The position numbers were made by a program, and so were the translations under genes. From Prorocentrum cordatum (taxonomy: Eukaryota): a stretch of 53,968 bases of DNA. Where the stretch lies: positions 62,001 to 115,968 of the forward strand of contig CAUYUJ010000277.1 of the NCBI GenBank assembly GCA_963575745.1, read 5' to 3'. Positions 13,096-26,713 of the stretch are shown here, one piece after another. The notes below the pieces were generated by a model. It ran no database searches. It saw only the letters and a list, made by a program, of their open reading frames with translations, and had not been told where the DNA came from. Position 1 is the stretch's first letter; each line of letters begins with the position of its first letter.

Positions 13096-13769
13096 GCACC
13101 CACGCGGTTCTTCCCCTGTAATCGAGTTCTGCTCAAAGATCCAAGCGGTAGGGTATTCGTCCTACGTGCATGGGCGTGACGTAGAAACAGTTGGCATATT
13201 CATGAACGTATCTTCCTATGCGCGTATGCCCATCTGACCGTCGGTATTCACCATAAGTACCGTATGAAGCATGTCGCGTTCAGAGATACTGCTACCACTG
13301 CGCATGCATACCGGGCTTTCAGTTCTGCGCTGACTGCGTGAACGAAGGTCTCGCCCATGAGGCATGTATGCGTGTGAAGACTGAAGCCATTGGGCGCCCC
13401 TATCAGTAGCCCCTTCCATGCGCCTCAACCATGTATCATTCACTGGTACCGAAGGTGGAGCCGATCGGGCAGGTGTCCCTGCATTGCTGTCGGTCTCTGC
13501 TACCAGTGGAATAGGTACGTCAGTGGCAGGTGCCGCTGCAAGTGTAGCTGCTTCCACCACTAAGCCCGCGCTGGCCGATGATGCAGGTATCCCCGCGGGA
13601 GTCGTCGTCGATATCTCTGCGGCGCTGGTCATCATGGCTGTAACGAGGTTGAGCTCTTCACGGAGGACACTGAGCCCGTTCGCCCTCTGAACAATATCTT
13701 CATGACGGTCATGTGTTTCTTGATTTCCAGCAAGGGCGTAGTGGAACTCAGCAGCAATGAGGCCAACAC

Positions 13770-13946
13770 CCCTGCATATGGCACAGGGGGGGGGGCCTCA
13801 CACGCGGAACCTTCCATGTTACCAACCACCTGTCGATCCAAAGGGCGTGTACCACACGATTCCCAACATTGTGCGTGGAATATGTGACCGCACTGGAGAC
13901 GCCAGATCTTGTCGTGATTCATGAACAGGTCCAGGCATATGGCACA
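13770..13946 (-). pseudogene. RING-H2 zinc finger within the Copia polyprotein
   Basis: CAIC-x14-CGHIFHAQC; the last pair (CAICR) follows after a frameshift in a G-run at ~13786-13795. Confidence 0.8.
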
Positions 13947-14022
13947 CTTACTGAAACCGCCGTCACTGGTGATAGGCGGTGTTGCCGCTGGCCTGATGCG
14001 CATCTGACGCTCCAGGGTGGAT

Positions 14023-17110
<3,088 letters not shown>

Positions 17111-18945
17111 GGGCTAATTCAGCCAGAATCTGAACTGGGTCCGGCGGTGAACCGTCAACCTAGTCACCGCCGCGAGCCTCGTAGAGCTCAGCTTGGTAAG
17201 AATGCAGAGAATCGGAGTAGAGTCATAAAATCTAGATTTTTTGAAAATCTGGATTTTCGATTTTTGCGATGTTCATATTCGCTCAATTCCCGGAAGTCAA
17301 CTCATAAGAAAATGCATCAGGAGAGCTGAGCTGCTGTCAGAAAGGAGTTTATATTCCAATGCCGCGCAAAAATCTGTTTTCTCAAAATAAATGGTTAAAT
17401 ATCTTTGAAATTCTCGCAAAACCGACCAAAAGTCACCAATTTGTCCGCCCCAGCCGGGTGGGCCAACTGGGCGCCGGCGGTAAACCGTTAACCTTCTTTA
17501 CCGCCGGGGGACTCGTAGAGCTTCCTGAGAACGAATTGTGTTTCAGCCCAGAGAACGCCCCCGATGCTTCTGAATTGTCTTCTGTTCGAGCTCTGTAGCT
17601 TTCCTGCAGCACGAGTTACGTGCGAAAATCGACAGCACCTCTAAAGATGACTCGAACAGTACGAATAGTTCGGCAAACCTAGCTCGAATATCAGACCGAG
17701 TTCAGAGCTCTGGAATCGACAGGCGGACGCACCTGATGTCTCCAAATCAATTCCTATGATTACCAGCCCTGCAGCCCCCCTGCAGCCCGAGTTAATTGCA
17801 GAAAACCGACAGCTCTCAGGATGACTCCAACAATACGAAAAGTTTCGCGGACCTAGTTCGGGCAGCAGACCGAGTTTCGAGCTCTGGATTCGACCAACGG
17901 ACGCAGCTGATGTCTCTAAATCGATTCCTGTGACTACCAGGTGGCCCCCCTGCAGTCCGAGTTAATTACAGAAAACCGGCAGCACCTCTCAATATGACTC
18001 GAAGAATACGAATAGTTTCGCGATTCTAGATCGGGCAGCAGACCGAGTTCAGAGCTCTGTATTCAACAAACGAACGCGACTGATGATTCCGAATCGGTTT
18101 CTGTGAGTATCAGCTCTGTATCTGTCGTACTCGAGTTAAGTACAGAAAACCGAGAGCGTCTGTCAAGATAACTCGAATAGGTTTGCGAATCTAGCTCGGC
18201 TAGCAGACCGAGTTCAGACCTCTCGATCCGACAGGCAAACGCACCTGAACATTCTGAATTGATAAGCTGTGCTTACCAGCTCTGTAGCTGTCCTGTATCT
18301 CGAGTTTAGTCCAATATACCGAGAGCGCGTATCAAGATGACTTGAAACGGTCGATCCCGCCTGCCTGCTTTTTGGCAGTAATACGTACCCGATCGAGCTG
18401 AGATCAAGATGGCGAGCAGAAATAATATCGAATATCATGGGAAAAAAACTAGAGCTCAAACGAATTCTTGAATTTCGAGAACAAAACTGGCGCCGGCGGC
18501 GAACCGTCAATCTGGTCACCGCCGGGAACGTCGCAGAGCTCTTTCCACGCGTGAGAGAGCTCAGAGTCGGACGAGAGAGCTTCTAGAGGCATCTCTCGAA
18601 AAATTGAACATTCATTTTTGTTCATGTCGACATAAAGTTGGTTCCCCCAAGTGTTTTGATAGTGAATGTGCGCCTAACGAGCTCATAATAAGACGCAGAG
18701 GCCCTCATAGTCGTTTACAAGTGCGAAGAATCTGGTTTCTCAAAATGAATTGTCGAATATTTTTGAAATCTTTGCAAAACCGACCCAAAGTCAGCACATT
18801 ATCTCTTTTCGTCGGGTCGGCCAACTAGCTCCACCCCGCGCCGGAATTCCTCTAGCTCATCGATGCCGAAGATCTTTAAAAGAATTCTTGAATTTCGAGA
18901 ACAAAATTTTCAACCGACCAAAAGTCACCAAAAGGTCCGTCGAGA

Positions 18946-20166
18946 CTGGGCGCCGGCGGTAAACCGTCAACCTTTCTTACCGCCGGGGGACTCGTAGAGC
19001 TTCCTGACAATATATAATACCGAAAAAACATGTAGAGACCGAACAGTTTTTCAGCCCAAGCGATTTCAGACCTTTCGATGCAACAGCCGAACGCCCCTGA
19101 TGATGGATTGTCTTCTACACGAGCTCTGTAGCTCTCCTACAGCCCGACTTACGTGCGTAAATCGACAGCGCCTTTCAAGATGACTCGAACAATACGAATA
19201 GTTCGGCAAACCTAGCTCGAGTATCAGACCGAGTTCAGACCTCTGAATGCAATAGTGGGGCGCGTCTGATGTCCCCGAATTGATTCCTGCGATTACCAGC
19301 CCTGCAGCCACCCTGCAGCCCGAGTTAAGTGCAGAAAACCGACAGCGACTCTCAAGATCACTCGAACAATACGAATAGTTTTGCGGACCTAGCTCGGGCA
19401 GCAGACCGAGTTCCAAGCTCTGGGTTCAACAGAAGAACGCGCCTGATGCCTCCGAATCGATCCATGAGATTACCAGCACGATAGTTTCCCTACAGCCTGA
19501 GTGAAGTACAGAAAACCGACAGCACCTCTCAAGATGACTCGAACAATACAAATAGTTTCGCAATTCTAGATCGGGCAGCAGACCGAGTTCAGAGCTCTGG
19601 ATTGAGCAAACACCGCGACTGATGATTATAAATCAGTTTCTGTAAGTATCAGCTCTGTAGCTGTCGTATAGCTCGAGTTAAGTACAAAAAACCGAGAGCG
19701 CCTGTCAAGATGACTCGAATAATACGAATAGGTTTGCGCACCTAGCTCGGCTAGCAGACCGAGTTCAGACCTCTGAATGGAACAGGCGAACGCGCCTGAT
19801 CATTCTGCATCGATGAGGTGTGCTTACCAGCTCTCTGGCTCTTCTATAGCTCGAGTTATGTTCAGAAAACCGCCACTGCGTGTCAACATAACCCGAAACA
19901 GCCGATCCCGCCGCAGTGCTTTTTGGCAGTAATATCTACCCGATCGATCTGAGATCAAGACGGCGAGCTGAAATAAGATCGAATATCACGGGAAAAAATA
20001 CTAGAGCTGAAACGAATTGAGGAATTTCGAGAACAAAATTTTCAACCGACCAAAAGTCACCAAAAGGTCCGTCGAGATGTTTCTTGCCAACTAGCTAGCT
20101 CTCCAGCGCCCCGGAATTACTCTTAAGCTTCCAGCGATCACTTGCTAGGGGAAGCTCTACGAGTTA
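18946..20166 (-). mobile_element. Full-length family B rolling-circle-like element (~1.2 kb, internal 177-bp repeats)
   Basis: Inverted pair ACTCGTAGAGCTTCC / GGAAGCTCTACGAGT; flanks cgaga | tatttcttgcc rejoin to the family B consensus. Confidence 0.75.
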
Positions 20167-21829
20167 TATTTCTTGCCAACTAGCTCTCCAGCGCCCCGGA
20201 ATTACTGGCGCCGACAGTGAACCGTCAACCTGGTCACCGCCGGGAACCTCGTAGAGCTCCTAACACGCGTAAGAGTGCTCAGCATCAAAAGAGGAGGCTT
20301 CTGGAAGCATTTCTCGAAAAAGAGAAAACATGATATTTTTCATGTCGACATAAAGTTGGTTTCGCCAAGTGTTTTGATAGTAAAAATGCATCTAGAGAGC
20401 TCATATTAAGAAGCAGAGGCCCTCATAGTCGTCTACAGGTGCGAAAAATCTGCTTTCTAAAAATAAAAGGACAAATATCTTTCAAAAAATCGCAAAACCA
20501 CCCAAAAGTTGTCACTTTGTCCGTCGGGGCCGGGTCGGCCAACTAGCTCGACCCCGCGCCGGAATTCCTCTAGCTCATCGACTGGGCGCCGGCGGTAAAC
20601 CGTCAACCTGGTCACCGCCGGGGACCTCGTAGAGCTCTTTTCTTGCCCAGCTCCTCGGAACACGTGAAGCAAGCGTAAGCGAGAGCCGAAAAACTCTAAA
20701 AAATCGATCGCATACAAATAGCTTTGCGGACTTAGCTCGAGAAGCAGACACTGTTCAGAGCTGTAGATGCTTCAGCCGAACGCCCTTGATGATTCTGTAT
20801 CGGTTTCTGCGCGTACCACCTCTGTAGCTGTGCTACAGCTAAAGTTAAGTGCAGAATACCGACAGCGCCTCTAAAGAGAACTTGAGAAATACGAATAGTG
20901 TTGTGGACCTAGCTCGACTAGCAGAACGATTTCAGGCCTCTCGATGCAACAGACGCAAGCGCCTGGTGATACTGAATCAGTTTCTGTGCGCATCAGCACT
21001 GTAGCTTCTCTGAATCTTGAGTTCAGTACAGAAAACCGGCATCACTGGTGAAGATGACTTTTACGGACCTAGCTCGAGTAGCAGACCGAGGTCAAACCTC
21101 TGGATGCAACAGGCGAACGCGCCTGATCATTCTGAATCGGTTTCTGTAAGCATCAGCTCTGTAGCTCTCGAAATCTCGAGTTAAATACAGAAAACACTGA
21201 ACGCGTGTCAAGATGACTCGGAACGCAGTTGGTTCCAGCAAGTCGTTTGATAGTAATATTGCAGCTACGGACCTGAGAATTTAACTGGCAGTCGCGGCAT
21301 AACCCACTACACGTGAGAAAAATACCGGTTCTCAAAATAAATTGTCAAATATATTCCAAATCAAAGCAAAACCGACCCAAGGTTATCACATTGTCTCTTT
21401 TGGTCAGGTCGGCCAACTAGCTCCACCCCGCGCCGGAATTCCTCTAGCTCATCGACGCCGAAGAGCTCTTCGAGGTATTTTTGGACTGCCAACGTGAAGT
21501 CGGCCCCTGGCTTTGCTCGGGAGAATTTCTCCACGGAATGAACTGAGAATGTGCGAGGTAACTTCTGTAATGCCAAGCTTCCCTCTCCGCAAATAGCAGC
21601 CCAAACGAATTATTAGAACTGCAAAATCGGCTGAGCCAGGCCGCGGAAGGTACGATCGCGTCCCTTTTCGACATTTCACCAACTAGCCCACCCTGTCGCC
21701 GAATTCCTCTAGCTCTTCTACCTTCAGAGCTCTACGAGGCATGACGAGGTACTCTTAAGCTTCCAGCAATCTTGGTTGGGTGTTGGGGTCGGCTACACAG
21801 GGCGCGCGCGCCCTAGCCGTGCAGAGCCC

Positions 21830-24800
21830 CTAGGGCCCCTCACGCCCTCTCAACCTCTTTGGGGTTGGAGGCCCGAGGACCTCAGAGATAATCTGCCGAA
21901 CACCTTGGAGCAGGCGCTCACAAGCTGTGAGCTCGCTATCTGTAACAGTGGCCCTCAGAGGGAGTAAAGAAGCCTCCTGGAAAACTCGTCGCCAGTGGTT
22001 GTCCCCAAATGAGACCTCCACATAGCAACCTAGAGCAGAGCCTTCAACACTCACGCCACCGTCCCATCCTCCACGGATACGTTTGATACAATGTCTCTGT
22101 TGTCGTAAATATCTGAAGTCAATCCATCTTCCCGTCCTTCCCCTCCTCGCCTCCCAAGTCAACTCATCCGCAACACAATTGAACTCTCTGTAGATATGCT
22201 TCCACGGATCCGTCCCTACAGTGGCACACCTGATGTCGTAATCCTCCGCCAGTTGATTCATATCGTTTTGTAGACCATGCACTCTCCTGCGGTACGAACG
22301 ATCACGGCATTCCCAGATCCCTCGGGCCCAGTTCACCACACACATACTATCACCTGTCATTTCAACCAACAATGAGCTCTCCGAGCCCTCCTGCCAGACA
22401 GCTTCGTTGTTATATCCGTGGGCAATCCTACGAGCGAGCCTGTCGGAGTCCTCAGGGGAGTCCCACGTATCCACAGGGCAAGGAGCACAGGGCGGTTTCC
22501 TGAAGATGGGCTCCCATCGAGGCTGTATTTTTGTCATGCACGCAACTACATTCCACCAGTCCGTCGCATTCCACTTGATGCTGAACCAGCGTAAATTACC
22601 ACTCGCCGCCAGCATAAGACAATGCCAGCTGTCAGTGCTTGCATGCGCTCTCCCTCCCACTCTCCTCGTACCTTCCCTCCTCCTGGCTCCCGTGAACATG
22701 GATACAAGTGTGCCCCTCCGTAGTGACCATTCCCCCGCACAGTGTAACATGGCCTGACGCGTCTGACGCCAGGCTCGTGCCCCACGCATGTCCGTGGAGG
22801 CGATGGCCCGATCATGAAACTGGGCCAGCTCCAACGCAAACTCGAAATTGGCCCGGACCACCTTCTCTAGGAGACTGCAGTGGCCAGCCTGCAAGAATAG
22901 CTCGTATGACTTCGGTGTGGTCCTGTCCCTGAACTCCTCCCACGTCTCCTCCTCCCTCTTGTGTAATCCTCGCATACCGTTGAGACACCTCCCCTCCCAG
23001 ACCTTAATCCTCTCCAGCAGTCGTAGATTGCACGGCCAGCCTATACATCCGTGGTACACCACAGACTGCACACGAGCGGCATACCTGCGAAACTTCTCTT
23101 TGAGTGAGACCGATCTGGAGCGATAAAACTGGATGTCAGCAAAATAGGCCTTCCTCCCTTTCTCCAGTCGATGATACAAGCCGTGATATCCCTTGATTTC
23201 CGAGCTGAGCTTCACTCCTAGTACCTCCACCTCCTCCTTCCTCGGCATTACGACAGTCGAGCGCAAGTGCTCTGGGAGATCCTCATCTCCAGAAATCGCA
23301 CAGATGGCTGGCGAGAGCGGGCAGAGCAGCGGCGGATCGCCACATGTGTACGTCTGGCCAAAAAGTACATACGCCAGAGAGTCCTCCTTCCAGTCCATCC
23401 CTGCCCGTCTGAGTGTTACCGTCATCATACCGATCATCTGTTGTAGCTGGAGCTGCGATGCAGCACAGAGCGTAACATTGTCCGCCCACAAGAAGTGGTG
23501 TACAAGAGCGCCGTCCGTCCCCTCCCCTTCCAGTCGGACACCGTATCCTAATGTATCCCAAGTCTGAATCACAGATCCCCAGATGGCCTCCAAGACAATA
23601 TTGAAAAGTATGGGTCCCTCCTTACCTCCCGTTCGGACCGATTTATTGTACCTCACCTCATCGCCGCACACGTTCTGAAACTCAAAGGTAGCAATGTTAT
23701 CCAGCATGGGCTCCACAATGGCTCTTATGAGGCACACAGGGTACTTAAGATACAGCATGGCCATGATGATAGTGTGCAGTGTGACATTATCGAAAGCTTT
23801 GTGTATGTCCAAGACTCCCACGTGCATAGACTCCGCCTTCCCCCACACATTTGCATGTCTAGTAAGATGTGATAGTGGTGCCGTGACGTTAGTAACCTTC
23901 TGATCCTTCTCAAATCCGTATGTGCACAACCGTCGGTTCACAGGAAATGCATCAATAAACTGCAACACACATGCCATGTACCATTTACTCATCACACTGA
24001 TCAGGCAAATCCCTCTGGTGTTGGAGAGTCGTGTAGCATCCCGCATCTTCGGCACAAGTTGGATACTGAGCTGCCTCCACGTCTCAGGGCTGGAGGCTCC
24101 CTGCTCGAAAATCCTCTGGAAAGCACGCCGCACAAACAAGAGGCTCCTCCACGGCAGCTCACGAATGACCTCAGCAACGACTCCATCGCTACCGGGTGCC
24201 GTGCCAGGCTTCAAAGACGCACGACCCTGCATGAGCATGCCCATCGCGATGACTCTTCCCTCCACCCCACGGTCGTTGTGTCTGAGTTCCTGAGAGGCCT
24301 CCAAAGTCCGTTTTTCCTCCTCCGAGTTCGTGTAAGACGCCGTCGCATACCTAGTGATCTCCGTACTCCACCTAGTCCTGTCCATTGTCAGCACACCCTC
24401 ACACTCCAGCTCCTTGAGGATACACCGTGAGGTCTTACTGGATCCCCTGTGGTCCTGCAGGAATTGGTTCCTCCTATGCTGTCTCCTAAGGGTCTTCCTC
24501 CTACGCAGCAGTTGTTTACGAGTATTCCCAAGGGCCCCACGCCTGATGGCAGACTCCACCTCTATGAGCTCCCTGGGCCTCTGAATGGGTTTGCAGTTGG
24601 GGCGCCCCTTAGTGTGGTCCACAAGCTCTGCCGTCTCCAAGAGTACCCGTCCGACCTGCTGCAGGTCCGCCCCTACCGTGTCCGATGCAAGCCCCTCAAT
24701 CGACACATCCGCAAGCACACGAAACATGTTCCTCGCCGTGTCATCCGTCGGCTGCCAGCCAACCATGGACACAGGGCGGGGTGGCAAAGCTGGGCGCCTG

Positions 24801-25612
24801 ATCTCCGTCGTCTTGAGATTTACCCAGACCAGGGCGTGATCACTATAGGCACTGGCTTTTGCACGTATACCTGGCGTAGCTTTGATGGGTTCCACAAACT
24901 GGACCTGGCATCTCATTTCCTGGTGAGCTCTTGCCTCATCCGCGCACCAACGTGTAGGGATGAGCATATAGTCAAGCACACGCTGCACATGTGTGGAACA
25001 GTACGGTATGTGTGTGATACGTCGGTCTCCATATGTGTTCGCCGCACAGATCCCCCAAGTACTCATGAACCTCATAAGCATGTCCCTCCTCTCTGCATGG
25101 TAGTTCGCCTCCTCCCTCCTCCCGTCCACCTGCATAAGACCTCCTCCCGTCATTCCCAGCATATCTGGTTCAAGTTCCGTCTGAGCATCCATCCCCACCC
25201 ATGGTATGACTCCAGCCTGTGTAGTTTGAAACATAGTAACACTGCACTTAGTAAGTACATCTAAGTATTCCCCCAAGTGGTCAACATCACGCATCACGCA
25301 TGGTAGATACACTGATGCAACTAGAGCACCCCTGAATTCGACACACGCAAATCGTACCCCACTCCGTCGAGCAATCACATGTGGTGCCCAATCCCTGCAC
25401 CATGCAACCGCCGCCTTGGAGCAGGAGCTATAGTGAATCTCCCATCCACATCTGTTAAAAGTATTTGCACTGGTATGCTCACACTCTTGCAGACACACCA
25501 TTTGAATTGACCTGGCTTCACATGCAGCGACCAGGTTGGGTACTTGACCGTCGGATATTTTCTGCACATTCCAGGTTGCGACCACGGTCTCTGTCGCAGC
25601 CCTACCGCCCCG
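21830..25612 (-). CDS. LINE ORF2: AP endonuclease + reverse transcriptase + permuted RNase H (no initiating ATG before the endonuclease)
   Basis: APE: ATWNV, CLQE, SVYLP, GMDAQ, LDY, SDH. RT: APGSDG, QLVPK, RGICL, LDIHKAFDNV, TGGKEGP, WADN, EVLG. RNase H: GDS, HIYREFN..AD, WDGG, TVTDSE. Confidence 0.93.
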   Translation of the reverse strand, partial: RGGRAATETVVATWNVQKISDGQVPNLVAACEARSIQMVCLQECEHTSANTFNRCGWEIHYSSCSKAAVAWCRDWAPHVIARRSGVRFACVEFRGALVASVYLPCVMRDVDHLGEYLDVLTKCSVTMFQTTQAGVIPWVGMDAQTELEPDMLGMTGGGLMQVDGRREEANYHAERRDMLMRFMSTWGICAANTYGDRRITHIPYCSTHVQRVLDYMLIPTRWCADEARAHQEMRCQVQFVEPIKATPGIRAKASAYSDHALVWVNLKTTEIRRPALPPRPVSMVGWQPTDDTARNMFRVLADVSIEGLASDTVGADLQQVGRVLLETAELVDHTKGRPNCKPIQRPRELIEVESAIRRGALGNTRKQLLRRRKTLRRQHRRNQFLQDHRGSSKTSRCILKELECEGVLTMDRTRWSTEITRYATASYTNSEEEKRTLEASQELRHNDRGVEGRVIAMGMLMQGRASLKPGTAPGSDGVVAEVIRELPWRSLLFVRRAFQRIFEQGASSPETWRQLSIQLVPKMRDATRLSNTRGICLISVMSKWYMACVLQFIDAFPVNRRLCTYGFEKDQKVTNVTAPLSHLTRHANVWGKAESMHVGVLDIHKAFDNVTLHTIIMAMLYLKYPVCLIRAIVEPMLDNIATFEFQNVCGDEVRYNKSVRTGGKEGPILFNIVLEAIWGSVIQTWDTLGYGVRLEGEGTDGALVHHFLWADNVTLCAASQLQLQQMIGMMTVTLRRAGMDWKEDSLAYVLFGQTYTCGDPPLLCPLSPAICAISGDEDLPEHLRSTVVMPRKEEVEVLGVKLSSEIKGYHGLYHRLEKGRKAYFADIQFYRSRSVSLKEKFRRYAARVQSVVYHGCIGWPCNLRLLERIKVWEGRCLNGMRGLHKREEETWEEFRDRTTPKSYELFLQAGHCSLLEKVVRANFEFALELAQFHDRAIASTDMRGARAWRQTRQAMLHCAGEWSLRRGTLVSMFTGARRREGTRRVGGRAHASTDSWHCLMLAASGNLRWFSIKWNATDWWNVVACMTKIQPRWEPIFRKPPCAPCPVDTWDSPEDSDRLARRIAHGYNNEAVWQEGSESSLLVEMTGDSMCVVNWARGIWECRDRSYRRRVHGLQNDMNQLAEDYDIRCATVGTDPWKHIYREFNCVADELTWEARRGRTGRWIDFRYLRQQRHCIKRIRGGWDGGVSVEGSALGCYVEVSFGDNHWRRVFQEASLLPLRATVTDSELTACERLLQGVRQIISEVLGPPTPKRLRGREGP

Positions 25613-26713
25613 TCAATGATTCGGGCACCGTAGTGTCTGAAGAAACTGCACCTGATTAATATCGGGCTCAACGTGTGTCAAATTATCACCATAGAGGTTC
25701 CATCCTTTTGTCGGTCCCCATTCTGCAATCAATGTCTTTTGTGTAGTATCATCAGCATTCGGCATATACCACATATATGTCATTGGCGGACCCGTCTCAC
25801 CTCGAAGAATACCCGTCGCATTTTTCTTGATATCAGAAAATAGTGCTTGAAACCGTCCTACCGCCCGAACATGTTCTATCTTCCATGGCTGGCATTCAAC
25901 TTGAAATCGCAAATTGGGAGGCAATGAAGTGAGTCCCCGCCTGTAGCCATTCTCCCACACACGTTTCGCTTCCCATAGGATCTCAGAGGATGTACCTGGC
26001 TTGAAATAGATCCTACCCCTCGTGTACGGCCAATATCTACCAGTATTCTCCTGAACCGTCCGATCCAAGTCCAGTGCCACCCTCTGTGTAGCATCAATTT
26101 GTTTAGAGTCAATGAGACCATTCATCGCCGTCGTCAGTGCCTCCTGTGAAAGAGCCTCCCGCTGACGTATCTCACGGTTCCTCCATCCCTCCCTTGAAAC
26201 CCACCCCTTGAACTCAACATAACGTGGATTCCAACCAGGGTCGTGCCTGTCCGTACCCGCCTTCGTGGATCCACTTGCTACCGACAGCCCGTCCCCCTGC
26301 TTGAGCTTCTGAACTTCATTGGTGAGGTCCTGGATCGCCGATTCTGTTTTTGATACCCTGGAGTCCAGAGATGTTTTCAGACCGTCCATTTCCGTGCGAC
26401 TAGAGTTCCTGAACGATTGCATGTCTGCCGTCATAGTCTGTTGTCCCGTCATGATGGATCGAAACATCTGTTCAATGTCAAGGCCAGCTTCCTGGGCAAC
26501 CTCATTCGCACCCAACGTTTGTCCCGCACCTCCTCCTTCTCCTTTCCCTCCTCCTTTGACATTACGAGCACGGACAGCTCTAGCAAACGCCCCACCCCCA
26601 TCATCAATTGTCATGTCCTGGCCCACCGCATGCAAGCCTGGAGCACCTGAAACTGAAGAACCTGCTGGCATCGCTGGTGCAGCACCTGAAACTGAAGAAC
26701 CTGCTGCAGCCAT
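25613..26713 (-). CDS. LINE ORF1 (predicted coiled coil followed by RRM-like region), ~366 aa from the first ATG
   Basis: First in-frame ATG at 26713 (AAG ATG GCT); heptad-like stretch MDGLKTSLDSRVSKTESAIQDLTNEVQKLK then RYVEFKGW; lies directly upstream of ORF2. The frame stays open to ~27349 without ATG. Confidence 0.75.
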   Translation of the reverse strand: MAAAGSSVSGAAPAMPAGSSVSGAPGLHAVGQDMTIDDGGGAFARAVRARNVKGGGKGEGGGAGQTLGANEVAQEAGLDIEQMFRSIMTGQQTMTADMQSFRNSSRTEMDGLKTSLDSRVSKTESAIQDLTNEVQKLKQGDGLSVASGSTKAGTDRHDPGWNPRYVEFKGWVSREGWRNREIRQREALSQEALTTAMNGLIDSKQIDATQRVALDLDRTVQENTGRYWPYTRGRIYFKPGTSSEILWEAKRVWENGYRRGLTSLPPNLRFQVECQPWKIEHVRAVGRFQALFSDIKKNATGILRGETGPPMTYMWYMPNADDTTQKTLIAEWGPTKGWNLYGDNLTHVEPDINQVQFLQTLRCPNH

